In this document: positions 1 to 11,901 of the stretch, one piece after another
How positions within the stretch are numbered: the first letter of the stretch is position 1
Layout: the number at the start of each line of letters is the position of its first letter
Assembly: GCA_004022145.1 (NCBI GenBank)
Contig: RCNU01000026.1
From: Paecilomyces variotii
Taxonomy: Eukaryota
Reading direction: 5' to 3' (one strand)
Length of the DNA stretch: 26,434 nt
Notes under the pieces: generated by a model
Seen by the model: only the letters and a program-made list of their open reading frames with translations
What the model was told of the DNA's origin: nothing
The model's database searches: none
Program-made: the position numbers and the translations under genes

Positions 1-815
1 GCAGTTCCAGCCTGTGCGCAGCGACGTCAGTTGAGGTTCCACAATGTCCAAGAACCGGATTCTTGGTGGCACAAGCACAGGAACGAAGAGCAGCAGCAAA
101 CACTTACCCAGACTGATCACATTGACCACCAGGACCCGGAGCTCGAGAGGCACAAACGTAAAGTTGACTGCCTGCACCCAAGGCCAGATCATCAGGTTGG
201 CCTTGTAGCTCTGCCAGAAGGTAGAACGCCATTTCTCCACGGGATCGGTGCCTTCCATAATGGCCATAGACGAGAGGAATGCCGTCAGATGTGTTGGGGT
301 AAAGAGACCCTGGTCTGCAACGACTCGCGCAACCAAGGTCGCACGAGTGCTCTTTAGGACAACATTGCGCTGGAGGAAACCGAACCAGGTCGTGGCAGCG
401 GGACCAAAGATAGCTGTAGAGCAAGAAGATTATCAGCGATCTTTCAGCGAGAAAGACATTGTAAAGATAGGAGCTTACCTCCACCGTAGAGCGCCATGCG
501 ACCGGTCCTGGCAAAGTCATGCTTCTCTAGACCTTTGCGGTCGACCAGCTGCTGGGCAAGAACATCTCCGCTACCAAACAGAATCTATATGCAGCTCGAT
601 GGTCAGTCGATGCGGACGGATCAAGGATAGTGGCAGACGCATACCGCGCTGGATACGCTGGCCGTGAGGATCGGCTGCTTCGCCAGCCGTGCTTGATACC
701 TGCGAGATATTTAGTTCTGTGACGGATATCATTGTGATCCAGCTGGTAGGATGAACAACTGAACGAATGGATGAAGCAAAGTAAAATAGAATAATACGTA
801 CCATCGAAATGCCAT
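1..815 (-). CDS. SYM1: Mpv17/PMP22 family mitochondrial inner membrane protein (Sym1-like), 3' end runs off the window
   Basis: Spliced exons 815-802, 699-645, 584-479, 413-108, 11-<1 (all GT..AG) give [69 protein letters not shown]...[37 protein letters not shown], with the typical Mpv17 motifs GDxxAQ, RTxRM, WPxxQxxNF and GWN. Confidence 0.92.
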
Positions 816-1007
816 TGTGAGTCCAGTATGTCGGTAACGGTAACAATGGGAGCCTACTCCAGAGGGGTTGTTTGGCAGCTGGCCTTAGAAGATGGGGAAG
901 GAGATCAGATTGTCTGGGGTAGATATGTTGAGGAAAGTTCATGTTACGCGGTCTCGAGCTGTCCGCTCTGATAAGCCGCTAGATACTAGAGTTATTACTG
1001 TTAGACC

Positions 1008-1026
1008 AGCAAGCAAGCAAGCAAGC
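1008..1026. repeat. (AGCA)4 microsatellite in SYM1/RPS2 intergenic region
   Basis: agcaagcaagcaagcaagc read directly. Confidence 0.8.
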
Positions 1027-1371
1027 TGGGAACACCAGAAAGCAATAATACGAACAGGTTCTTGTCTAACTTATTCGGTCCACCGAAAAACGGCATGTGG
1101 CCACGGATCTGTCGCTATCCAGAGAGCTACTACTCTATTATGATGCTATCGAGCTAGGACTGCGTCCCGAGTTCCCCTTTCGCTGTCCCCGTAGTGGATC
1201 TGGAATGGCTTGGCCTTAGCTTGGGAGGCGTTGTTAATAATTATTATGTATCAACATGGGATAGTTTACTTTTGAACTGATTCTTTGTTGCTGGGGAAGA
1301 GCCCGTCACCTGACCTGCCCGCCCGTCGGGGAAACTGCCCTGGAACGCCGACGCCCTCCGCATTGGTACGC

Positions 1372-1437
1372 GTTAGGTCTTAGGGCACAGGGCTGGCCCG
1401 CTTAGGGTAGACTCGCTTAGCACCACCAGCGAAATTT
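1372..1437 (+). promoter_or_regulatory. Candidate ribosomal-protein promoter elements (paired TTAGGG/GCCCTAA-like sites)
   Basis: CTTAGGGC at 1379-1386 and CTTAGGGT at 1401-1408, plus GCTTAGC and GCGAAATTT, 115-180 bp upstream of the RPS2 ATG. TTAGGG-like (Tbf1-type) motifs are known upstream of RP genes in several ascomycetes. Confidence 0.45.
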
Positions 1438-1551
1438 CCCCATGCCCGCAAAGTCACATCGTCCGGATCGCGCAAAGCAACCTCGACGTCGACAACTTCA
1501 ACGACTCCCTCCTCCCGTCATCCTCGACCTTCAATCGCCAATCTACCCATA

Positions 1552-2562
1552 ATGGCTGACGCTCCCCGTGGACGTGGAGGATTCGGTTCGCGCGGCGACC
1601 GTGGTGGTGACCGAGGCCGTGGCCGTGGCCGCCGTGGCCGTCGTGGTGGTCCGAAGGAGGAGAAGGAATGGCAGCCTGTCACCAAGCTGGGCCGTCTCGT
1701 CAAGGCTGGCAAGATCACCAGCATGGAGCAGATCTACCTGCACTCCCTGCCCGTCAAGGAGTACCAGATTGTCGACTTCTTCCTGCCCAAGCTGAAGGAT
1801 GAGGTCATGAAGGTACGGACATATTTACCCCGGAGGATCAAAATCACAATCAAAGTCTGGCGGAAGGATGGGCAAAAAAATACGCAAAAAGGGGAAAAAG
1901 AATCGGGATGATTGGATATGAGATCAAAGAATATAATTGAAAGGAAGGAATTGGGCAGTGCTGACGGAAAACCAAACAACAGATCAAGCCTGTCCAGAAG
2001 CAGACCCGTGCCGGTCAGCGTACCCGTTTCAAGGCCATCGTTGTCATCGGTGACGGCGAGGGTCACGTCGGTCTCGGAATCAAGACCTCCAAGGAAGTTG
2101 CTACTGCCATCCGTGCCGCCATCATCATTGCCAAGCTCAGCGTTCTGCCTGTCCGAAGAGGTTACTGGGGTTCCAACCTGGGTGAGCCTCACTCTCTGCC
2201 CACCAAGGAGAGCGGAAAGTGCGGTTCCGTCACTGTCAGAGTAAGTTTTCCCGGCTATAATGAGAATTTACAGAGTTTGCGCGTACGATGCTGATATCTC
2301 CCAGCTTATCCCTGCCCCCCGTGGTACTGGCCTCGTTGCCTCCCCCGCTGTCAAGCGTCTGCTCCAGCTTGCCGGTGTCCAGGACGCCTACACTTCCTCT
2401 TCCGGTTCGACCAAGACCCTCGAGAACACTCTCAAGGCCACCTTCATGGCCGTCGGTAACACCTACGGTTTCCTCACCCCTAACCTGTGGACCGAGACCA
2501 AGCTCATCCGGAGCCCGCTCGATGAGTTCAGCGACGTTCTGCGCGAGGGAAAGAGGTACTAG
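1552..2562 (+). CDS. RPS2: 40S ribosomal protein S2 (uS5)
   Basis: Exons 1552-1812, 1983-2240, 2305-2562. RGG-rich N-terminus, [58 protein letters not shown]; strong C-ending codon bias. Confidence 0.98.
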
Positions 2563-4358
2563 GCGGTTTCTGAGATGGGAAGACGTTTCTGAGGCTTGCA
2601 TGACTGTTTTCGATCACATATTTCCCGTTTGTTCAGGCTGGAGGATGGCGGAAAGCTTGCGATGACTTCTCCGATGCTCTGTTCACACACTGTACGGTTG
2701 CTATGCGATCCATGGATGTAGATGGTTTTTTATTCTGAAGGGAAAAAAGCAAAAGGATTGACAGCATCTAGCGCGGAGTCAATAAAAAAAGCGACCCATT
2801 CACCAGTCATCTTTCCCGCGACGCCACGAGAGTCCGCGTAGAATGACCGTAATCGATCCAAATACCACTTTACAATTTGCAGTCGATAGCAAGCCACATA
2901 ATAGTGAGAAAAATGTCTTATGCTGAAATCATATACCCCTCACTTTCTGCGAATATGTCGAACGACCTAGAGACAAAATTCAACATGCAAAATGTAAACA
3001 GAAACCATTCCCTCGTATTATGAGGCTTTCGTAGAGCAGTACCATGGGAGTCATGAGACCTAAATATCTAGAGAACCTAGAGAGATCTTTTGTGACACCT
3101 GAACCGAGTTTTCCTCAAGCAAAAGACGATATGTGGTATAGTTGGTACAGCCAACATCCCAGTAAAAGTCGTCTATTGCATTTATCCTCGATAAACAGAA
3201 CTCTATCTTCTAAAAAGGACCAAGTCGGAGACCTCGCAACACCCTTGGCAGTTCACGCAGATACTTCTTTTTGGTCGTTCAGTAAAGACGCGGTGTACCT
3301 TGAGACTCACAAGATAACAGGAACTGAGATTCCAGTCCACTCCTAGTACGTGTAGCTGAATAAAGAGGAGAGAGATCTACATGGACTCTTGGCATTTCTC
3401 GTACTATTTAGATCCACACGGTTGATTTGTTCGAGATAATATGCAGGATATATCTTGCAATCCTGATCTCTGGATCTGTTAATTTCTTCTCGACTGCATC
3501 GCAAGTCATTTGCAAATAGTCAGATGGAGGAAAAGAAAGAATCTAGTCAATCTGGTAATGATGACTGTCTTTTCTTTTAGTAGACTGCTAGTCTTGTAGA
3601 TGTCTTTGCTTCACAGGAGACCTTGCATAGTGAAAGGCAACCCAGGAGTGTTTTTCTTCTAGATTGGAAAGACCAAAAGGCTGGTAGGGAGCTCTTCTAG
3701 TAAGGAGGGCCTCACTTGAGATAGATGCTAACAACTTCTTAGAAATAGCTATTCAGCTAAATAACCTTATGTTTCAGCGGTTTCTTCTGCCACTGTAAGT
3801 GGTTAAACCTCGAATTATCTCTTAGGCTTTCAAGATACATGCCATCAGCGTGTCGGAACCGGTATAACTATCCTCGATGGCCAGTCAAGCTCCCTAACTG
3901 GCTCAGAGCCATAAAATCCATGTGTATATGTCTCTATGCATACAGAGAAACAGGCCCTGATATTATCATTTAGTCTAAAGAAGATACGAGTATGGACTGG
4001 AGGTTTACTCGTAGCTCCTGATCAGTCTACTATTTGTGTTCCTTCCAATAATAATAAAGACATGCAAGAAGTGAAATCCCAGACAGACGGCTGCCACCGC
4101 CTTGAGTGACGTGAAGTGTTGTGGGCTCAAGTTATTTTTTCCTTTCACGAGTGTATATTGCACTTTCACTGCACTGTGTTCCCATCCTTTACCAGTGTCC
4201 CCTATTTCATGACACCAGGATAGATATCATTATCTGTATCCCAGTACATACAGTGCTGTATTGTACAGGGTGACTGTACTATTTATCTCGTCTGGATCGC
4301 AGCCCCTTTGGCCTTGGATTATCGAGACGTGAAACTATTCTGGCTTTCCACCTTCAAA

Positions 4359-6167
4359 ATGCGAGATATGGAGACTGACCCTCTCTGGGAGGATACCCTT
4401 ATGGGTGGTGCATTCTGGAAAGAACAAGATAAGAAGGACCGGTTCTATAACGAGCTCTGGGAAGATACTCTTATGGGTGCGGAGTTCTGGCGAGAGGAGG
4501 ACAGAAATAATCCCTATGACACTACCTATCATGTGCAGTATTCCGGCATATTCTTTCCTGGTAAGTTCTATATGCGGGTCTGCATTAACTGCCATGTTCT
4601 CTCGGCGTCCTAATCTGGATACTTTCACGCCCATTGTTGCCTATGTCTCCTGAGAAACACATCTAATAACTCTCCTTATCAGTTGCCTTGCAGAAACATA
4701 TCCTGGAGGGGGGCAGTATGGACAGGGACACCCTCCGCGGAATAATCTCCTCTGACAACAGCATGGGTGCAAGACAGGCCGTGCTTGCCCATACAAACAA
4801 TAAAGAGAACACCGAGCTGAACGAGGCTCTGTACAAAGAGCGCCGCTCTAGCATGAGCGATCTGGGTTCACTCAAATCTGGACCCTTCTCTGCTGCGTCC
4901 AAGAGACACTTCTGGGATTTCAGCAAGAAGGCCTACGAGGAACCTGTCACTAGCAACAAGGGCCATACTAGGACAGGCAGATCTCTCATCCGTTCTGCCT
5001 TTGGATCCTCTGCTATTCGCAGCAAGAGTGTCCAGCATGAAGACTCCAGATTTGATTTTGGCTTTGACCCCCATCCAGGCAGTGAAGAGAACCCTCTCTT
5101 GTACTTCAGGGGTGGGGCTTCTTGGAAGTATATCGAGCGTAACCTCGATGTCCTCTGTCTCGATTTGTTTTGGCCTATCAAACAGAAAGCTTCCACTGAG
5201 AACGACATGATTAAAGTCGCAGAGCTTCGTCCCCTGTGCACTTTCCGCCATCTACGCGTCCTGAAACTCACTGGCATGATGCAGTCTTACCAGACTATGA
5301 TATGGCAGGTCGTCTGGCTTAACCCCGACTTGGAAGAGCTTGACCTCGAGATGGCGTTGGAACCGTGCATTAGACGCGGCTTTAATGGTTACTGGACGTC
5401 TATCAGTCCCGGCTGGAAAATTGCGGAGAAGGATGAGCACAAGCCCGTATACTAGTAAGTTTACTCTCCCTCTTTCTTGTTCTTTTTCCTTCTCCTTTTC
5501 TTGTTCTATGCCTGAGGAACAAGAAGCAGTTCGGTTCAGATATCAATAACATATTATGGTCAACAGTGGCAATGGCGATGGTAATATTCACAATGACATT
5601 GGCACCGGCGAGTACCTCGACAAGAGAATCATTGAATCCTCGAGACTTCTCGCGAGAATGATGGGCCCGACCAACAGTCGCCTTTCCGTCGTGGTCATCA
5701 GACTTGCTGGATTTGTTGTCGACGGAGATCCGTTCGATCTCTGGTTCGAGCCGCACAGACTCCGTCGTATCCAATTCAAGCATAACTGCGTCGACGCCGG
5801 GTTCTATCTCGGCGAGTTCATGAAGGACACAGTTGAAGTGATCTTTCCTAAAAAGGCCGTGCCCAACACCGCCCAAATTGGCAGAGTCGTCGACTTAGCC
5901 AAGGAGCTCAAAGTTATCGAGCTCCGCAAAGGCAGGAAGATCAGTGAAGCTCCCTATTATCCTCCTGGTGGCTTTCAAAAGGCCTGTTGTCACCATCGTC
6001 ACGACGACCAGATGCCGGCCGAACCATCCAGTCATCGCAAGGGTAAAGAGAACGAGCACTCTTGCTGCAAGAAAACTGACGCTGGCGCTCATGGAGGCAA
6101 AGGCATCAACGCAGACCACCGTGGAGTGGCCACTGGAGGTAAGCACAAAGAATACAGTACTGATTAG
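4359..6167 (+). CDS. Uncharacterised fungal protein (LRR-like LxxLxL segments, N-terminal 24-aa repeat, His/Cys-rich tail)
   Basis: ATG 4359; exons 4359-4560, 4683-5454, 5567-6167 join three ORF-track ORFs in frame through gtaagt donors at 4561 and 5455 and cag acceptors. Contains FRHLRVLKLTG and LEELDLEMALEP. Confidence 0.75.
4383..4505 (+). repeat. 72-nt (24-aa) period internal duplication in coding exon 1
   Basis: ctctgggaggatacccttatgggt... at 4383 and ctctgggaagatactcttatgggt... at 4455; peptides LWEDTLMGGAFWKEQDK and LWEDTLMGAEFWREEDR. Confidence 0.9.
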
Positions 6168-6719
6168 ACATGAACTGAACAGTGTCTAGGAGAAGAATCC
6201 GACAACTCGACCGACAGAAAGAAAGGTACTGAGCTATCCAGGGGTAACCTTGCACTCAAATCCCCCCGTCAGGCGTCTATGGCAACTGCTGCCCCTCGCC
6301 CCAAGGGCGCTCCACGCCACGGACGTAACGCAATTGTCCCCCGTATGGTGGGCAAGCTCGCGCAGAAGGGCAAGTCGACCGTTGAGAAGGAGTGATTCAT
6401 GGTTCACTGGTTCACTTGAACGTTGCTGACAGATTGTCACGACTTTGTTTATCCCTACTCTTTCCAGTATCCGGTTTATCCGTGATCCGTTTTACATGCC
6501 CATCGGGTCCCCTTCGCGGGTTGATCTGAGCATAGCTGAAGCTAATTGCCACACGAGATAGTGATTTCAAATCCTGATATTTCTTCTAAAGTCTATATCC
6601 TCGTACTCATATGGCCCTCTGAAGATGCCCGCGCGGAAAAAGCATAGAACAGAGATCCCAGTATCACATAGAGACTCATAAGCATCTAGCTCAAAACTAC
6701 ATAAGGCACAGTACCCCAG

Positions 6720-8719
6720 TCATTTCTCAACAATATGCTCTTGCAATTCAGCAGTGGGTTTCACGTCATCCTCAACCGAGCCGTGGCCACTTGCGCGGTT
6801 CTTGCGTAACTCACGGGCAACCTTCCGAGCAGACCTTCCTGGTTGAGTATAGAGATAATCGATCTCTTCAAGAGTCAGGTTTGCCGTCTCCGGATAGAAG
6901 AAGTATATGAGTGGAATGAATGCCAGATTCGTGCACATGAAGATCAGGTATGCCTTCCATTGGAGATGGGAGATGATAACTGGGGTTATCATGACGATGA
7001 CGAAGTTCTGTGAAGGGGCATGTTAGAAGCGACCCATTGATTGATTTCAGGGTGAGCAACAAAAGTCCTAATTTTGAACGTACCCAAAGCCAGTTCGAAG
7101 AGATTCCGATGGCGGTGCCCTTTGCTCTGGCCTGAAGAGGAAGGATTTCTGGTACATAAACCCAAGGGATGCAGTTCACGGATGCACCGAAGATAAGCAT
7201 GTACTGTGATGTTAGTTAGCCTGGCGTATCTCATATAGGTATGATAAGAGGGACTGACAGTGAAGAAGAATGCCACGCTAGCTGTCGAAGTCTCTTTCTC
7301 TACAGAGGAGCCCTTGAAACTCAGCAGAACGGATATCAACATCATGGAAATCCCGAGTCCGAGTGAACCCCACATCATGGGCTGCCGACGGCCGATGCGG
7401 TCGACTAACAGTGAAGGCACGAAGGACCCAATCACAAACATGCATTGTATCCTATAAACCTGTCAATAAGTGTTGCCCATTGCTTCTGTCGGGAGAGTTG
7501 TGGCTTACACTCCACCAAGAAGCAGTGAGAGGTTGCGCGATAGACCGACATTGTCTTGCAAGACGGTGGGTACAAAGTAGCTATTTCTAATCAGAATAGT
7601 CTTCTTAAAGACGAGAGGTGAACGGTTATGCTTACACGACTAGGTTAATACCGCCGACTTGGTTCATGAATTGCATACCGTAGGCCAGAAGTACTCGCTT
7701 TCCAGTCTGGACCTCGTCCTGCTTAAAGATGTCGAACCAAGTTTTGGACTCATGGCTCTCTAGCTGGATAGCAAGCAAAATATCTGCTTGCTCCTTGAGG
7801 ATTTCAGGATGGTCAGGATCCTTATCGTATACAGTACACAAGACATTCAACGCTTCTTCGTTTCGGCCCTTGTTATACAGGTAGCGAGGTGATTCTGGCA
7901 AGCCAAAGACTAGCAAGATCACAACCTGGCGTTCTTAGTTGGTATAATTACTATAATCATGGGAAGAATTATGGGAAGCATCATGGGGACATACGAAGGT
8001 GAAGAGGACTTGGCACGCAACTGGTAGTCTCCAGGCGATTGAGCTGTCAAGGAAATGCAGTCCATAATCAAACCAATATGCTATGAACGAGATCAGTATT
8101 TAATCGAATTTACCCCATAGTCTGAGAGCTCACCAATAACTATGCCAACACCGACAAATAATGCTTCTGAACAGACGAGTCGGCCTCTCTGGTGGGCATG
8201 AGAGAGCTCTGCTTGATACATCGGCACAGTAGATGTTTCGATACCAGTCCCAATGCCCGTGACATAGCGGCCGATCATCAAATGAGGAACTGAGAATGCT
8301 GAAGCCTGTAGCGATGCTCCAACCTAGGATTTGTCAGCGCTGGTAAGGCTCTCCGAATATATATACTTTGAGAACATACGATAATCCAAGCCATAGCAAC
8401 CCACATGGCACGTCGTCGACCAAGCATCTCTCCGAAGATGAACGCGAGAATGCAGCCACTGAAACATCCCAAATTGTATATACTGACGATTATACCAAGA
8501 TATGCATCTTTAGGGTCACCCATCACCCTCAGGAAATCCGAGTTCCCGACAATGCCTGAGAACACTCCCTGGTCATACCCTTTCCGCTGATTAGTACGGA
8601 ATCATGTCTTTGAGAATGGACATTGAAGGAAACTTACCAAACAGAATGAATGCCATTTCACAGGCAACTGTAATGGCCAAACGCAGCTTCCAGCCGCGGC
8701 CGAAAAGGTTGAACTCCAT
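6720..8719 (-). CDS. MFS sugar porter, STL1-like sugar/polyol:H+ symporter
   Basis: Nine exons splice in frame: MEFNLFGRGWKLRLAITVACEMAFILFGYDQGVFSG...GEMLGRRR...VPMYQAE...AWRLP...LPESPR...QFMNQVGGINLVVYF...DRIGRR...PWVYVPEILPLQARAKG...NWLWNF...YPET...LEEID. These are sugar porter signature motifs. Confidence 0.93.
7956..7991. repeat. Degenerate 12-bp x3 tandem repeat inside a transporter intron
   Basis: atcatgggaaga / attatgggaagc / atcatggggaca. Confidence 0.6.
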
Positions 8720-9716
8720 CTTTGATACGTAGGTACAGTTACGCGTTGCGTTGGTAGAAGCCCCACGTGCATAATCTATACAACATAGAACGATACGGAG
8801 AAAGTGAGGAAGTGACCAGCGTTTGGGGAGATAATCATCCTCTGGGAAATCCCTGAATTATATTTCAAAATTTCCAATATCTGAAGGGAGGAGACCATGT
8901 CGATCTCTCTCACTCGCCGGAATAACGCCATAATGGCAAGGCCTCATCCCCGACAACAACATCCCGTGCGGCGAGTTCCATTACCACACTACTCTTTCCC
9001 CGGAAACTGACAGGTTGTAGGGGTTGATATTACCCCAGATCTGCGCCCACGTTTTGCAGAAGTTGAAAAGGATGCACCATGACGCATAGCGCGGACTACA
9101 GTTACAGATGCTACCGTCAAGCTGAAACCTTGTTTTTCGCGCATGGGGAATTGCGGTTACTAAGGAATCAGCTAGTGACACGAGACCCTGCAGTCAGTCG
9201 GCAATATTTCCCTCAAAGGAGGAATTGTTGAGCATTCTTGGCCTCGGAAGATGGCCGATATGCGTCGGGGAGAAGTTGAGTTGCACACGAGCGTGGCGAT
9301 CCGTCAGGCGATCAGATCGTAACGGCGCTACTACTTGCCATTCCAGGAGATATCCATATTAGGAAGGCTGAAGCCACCAATCATCATATATTTCACCTGC
9401 CAATACATCTGAGCGAGACTGTTGAATGCCTACGATGCGGGATATTAGCAGCCAAGGGAACGCATGAATACTATATGGGATCGGCAAGACAGCGTGATGC
9501 CGTACTTTCTATCGTTGAGAGATGGGATTTATCCGAAGGCCAAACTTGGTACAGCAGGTACTAACTTAGCACATTGGCCAAGATCATGAGAAGGTGGTGT
9601 GCTCCCATGATATTAACTGTGCGAGGTTTTGTATTATCGGGAATATATGGAGCGTTGGATTAAATAATATGCTACTCGTGGTGTTATGCTAACTATGCCC
9701 AGGCTGCAATATCTTA

Positions 9717-11167
9717 CTAATTTTGGAACAGTTCAAGGCCAACATCAGTATCATCAACTATATGGACTTTGATACTTCCTTTGCTAGTATCTGAGCATAG
9801 ATGGAGAGCGTCTGCAGCATTATCAAGTGTAAAAGTGTGTGTGATCAACTTTTTCAGATCGAGGATTTTCCCGTCCAAACATGCGATGCCAGCTGGCCAG
9901 GTATCGTGGTAACGGTTGATGAATTTCAGATTGATCTTATGTGTGACAATGAGTTAGCGACGTTTTACATCATTTTTTTTTGTACTGTATGATCTTACCT
10001 CTGCTAAGGAGATATGCATGAATGGTAGGTTGTTCATTATGGATTTCCCAACACCGATAACCATCACTGTACCGCCTCTTCGTACTGCATACGCAGCAGT
10101 ACAGACACTGCTTTCCACCCCGGTACATTCTAGAACCGTGGATGGTGCGAAGTATTCCTCGTTCCCAAACAGAGCTCGAACAGCCTTCGCGTTTCCCGCT
10201 GCGTCTAGGGAAGGGTTGACCATGTATGTCTTACAGCTTGGGACGAACTCTTGAGCGAATGCTAAGCGACGAGGCTCCAAATCTGTGATGACTATTGGGT
10301 GTGCCCCCGACGCGCGTGCAGCTGCCAGCGCTATGAGACCAATAGGTCCTGCACCACAGATGAGAGCTCCCCGACCGAGGGATAATCCAGCAGTGTTTAT
10401 ACCGTGCATGACCACTGAGAGAGGTTCAAGAAGGGCTCCTTCTGCGAAGCTGACACTATCTGGAAGTCTATAATTGTTAGCGCGCAATGCTATATGTATA
10501 AATGAAGCGCAATATTTACTTGTGCAGCCACTTAGCTGATTGGACCTTGAACCTTTGAATTGTTCCATGGTAGGGCCATACTCCAGCAAACTGGACATCC
10601 TCACAAAGATTATAGCGACCTTCGCGACATAAGAAACAATTTCCACAGGAAACTCCTGGTTCAAGCGCGACTCGGTCACCTAGATACAATTTAACTTAGC
10701 AAAAACACATGATGTATTCTAGAATACCTCCTTCCTTACCTGGCTTAAAATTAGCGACGTTCTCCCCACATTGAAGCACAACCCCAGCAGCCTCGTGGCC
10801 TATGATACAATCACTCTTGAATTCGAGGGGCCCAATCCTTCCAGATTTCCAGAAATGAATATCTGACCTATGTGGGATACTCTCAGCAACTATCTTCGCA
10901 ATAAATGGAATGTCTCAGGCCAGCTTACCCGCAGACTCCTGTCGCTTTAATATGCAACAGAACTTCCCCAGGTCCAGGTTGATATATTGGAGCATCGACA
11001 AGTTTCAGTTGATGATCTGGCGTTACTTGCAAGGATGGATTGCGATATGGCCCCAGTTTCGATTTATCAGCCAATTCATGCTCTTCGACGATAGCTTTTG
11101 CTTTGGAGATCCATTCACCTTGAGCGCCGGATTCACTGGCCTGTTCAAGGATGACATACGGGGCCAT
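9717..11167 (-). CDS. Zinc-dependent medium-chain polyol dehydrogenase (L-arabinitol 4-dehydrogenase / sorbitol-galactitol DH family)
   Basis: Five exons: ATGVCGSDIHFW, GHEAAG (catalytic Zn), GDRVALEPGVSCGNCFLCREGRYNLC (structural Zn), EGALLEPLSV, GAGPIG Rossmann motif, TD acidic residue (NAD-type), NRYHDTWP, LITHTF, GSIKVHI; stop TAG at 9717-9719. Confidence 0.93.
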
Positions 11168-11901
11168 AGCTATAACTCAAGAATATGGGAGAAAGATCGA
11201 TCGAGAAGTTTGCTCAAGAAAAGGACAGGGACTTATCGCAACAGTCTGGAAATTAGTTCATGATATAAGACCCCGGGATACTTTCAGTGCTTCCGCGAAG
11301 GATCCAAGAGTCTAGGCTATCTCCTGCACTACCTATCTATCCACATCAGAATCCATGTGGACAACTTAGAAAGCCTTTTGGTCCGTAAGCAAGCTCTGGT
11401 GAGAGCCTATTTGGCGTGGCAGCTCATCTGATTACCTATCTTGTGGAGATTGGTGATACAGCGAAACCGGTTGGTGAAGGATTTCTAATCGTTGCAAAAT
11501 TAGGTACATACGTAGCATGCAGCGGCGCTTAGAGATTCTGTTTCGGGGAGTAATCCCATATTCACTCTACATGTAAGGCAGGCTGTTGCGCTGGACAGCC
11601 TTTTCTGCGCAAAATAATCTGTTATCGAATAGGTCGTTAGATGGCTCCAATATCCACAGGCTGTAGTATGGAGAGTCTGGACCACAATCTGACAACTAGT
11701 TCTAGTAGCAAGAGCATTGCAACATTCGTATCCTTAGGGCTAAGGAGCAGATTTTCCAGCGTCTTTGTCTTAGAATATTTAGTATAATTATCCTAGCAGA
11801 GCCTTCAGAGTGTTAGAAGTGCTATTGACCCACAAATATAATTTCGACTAAGTACGGTGACAAACAGTTATCCGCAAGAGCGAAAGCGTGCAACATCAAC
11901 A

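Noticed and set aside
31-2665. Numerous overlapping ORFs antisense or out of frame to SYM1 and RPS2
   Set aside because: They are shadows of GC-rich, codon-biased real genes; the spliced models explain the sequence.
3044-3346. 100-aa ORF downstream of RPS2
   Set aside because: No recognisable motif, codon bias or splice partners; likely a chance ORF in the intergenic region.
3555-3640. ATGATGA C-box-like word as a possible snoRNA
   Set aside because: No suitably placed CTGA D box or terminal stem was seen.
9845-9860. Suspected frameshift in the dehydrogenase's last exon at a poly-T run
   Set aside because: A recount gives five Ts (CTG AAA AAG TTG on the minus strand), so the frame continues DLKKLITHTF to the normal stop.
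8947-11549. TCGGGGA at 8947 (reverse), 9265 and 11543 as a cluster-specific TF site
   Set aside because: It is a short motif that also occurs in the unrelated RPS2 promoter (~1326); not distinguishable from chance without orthologous promoters.
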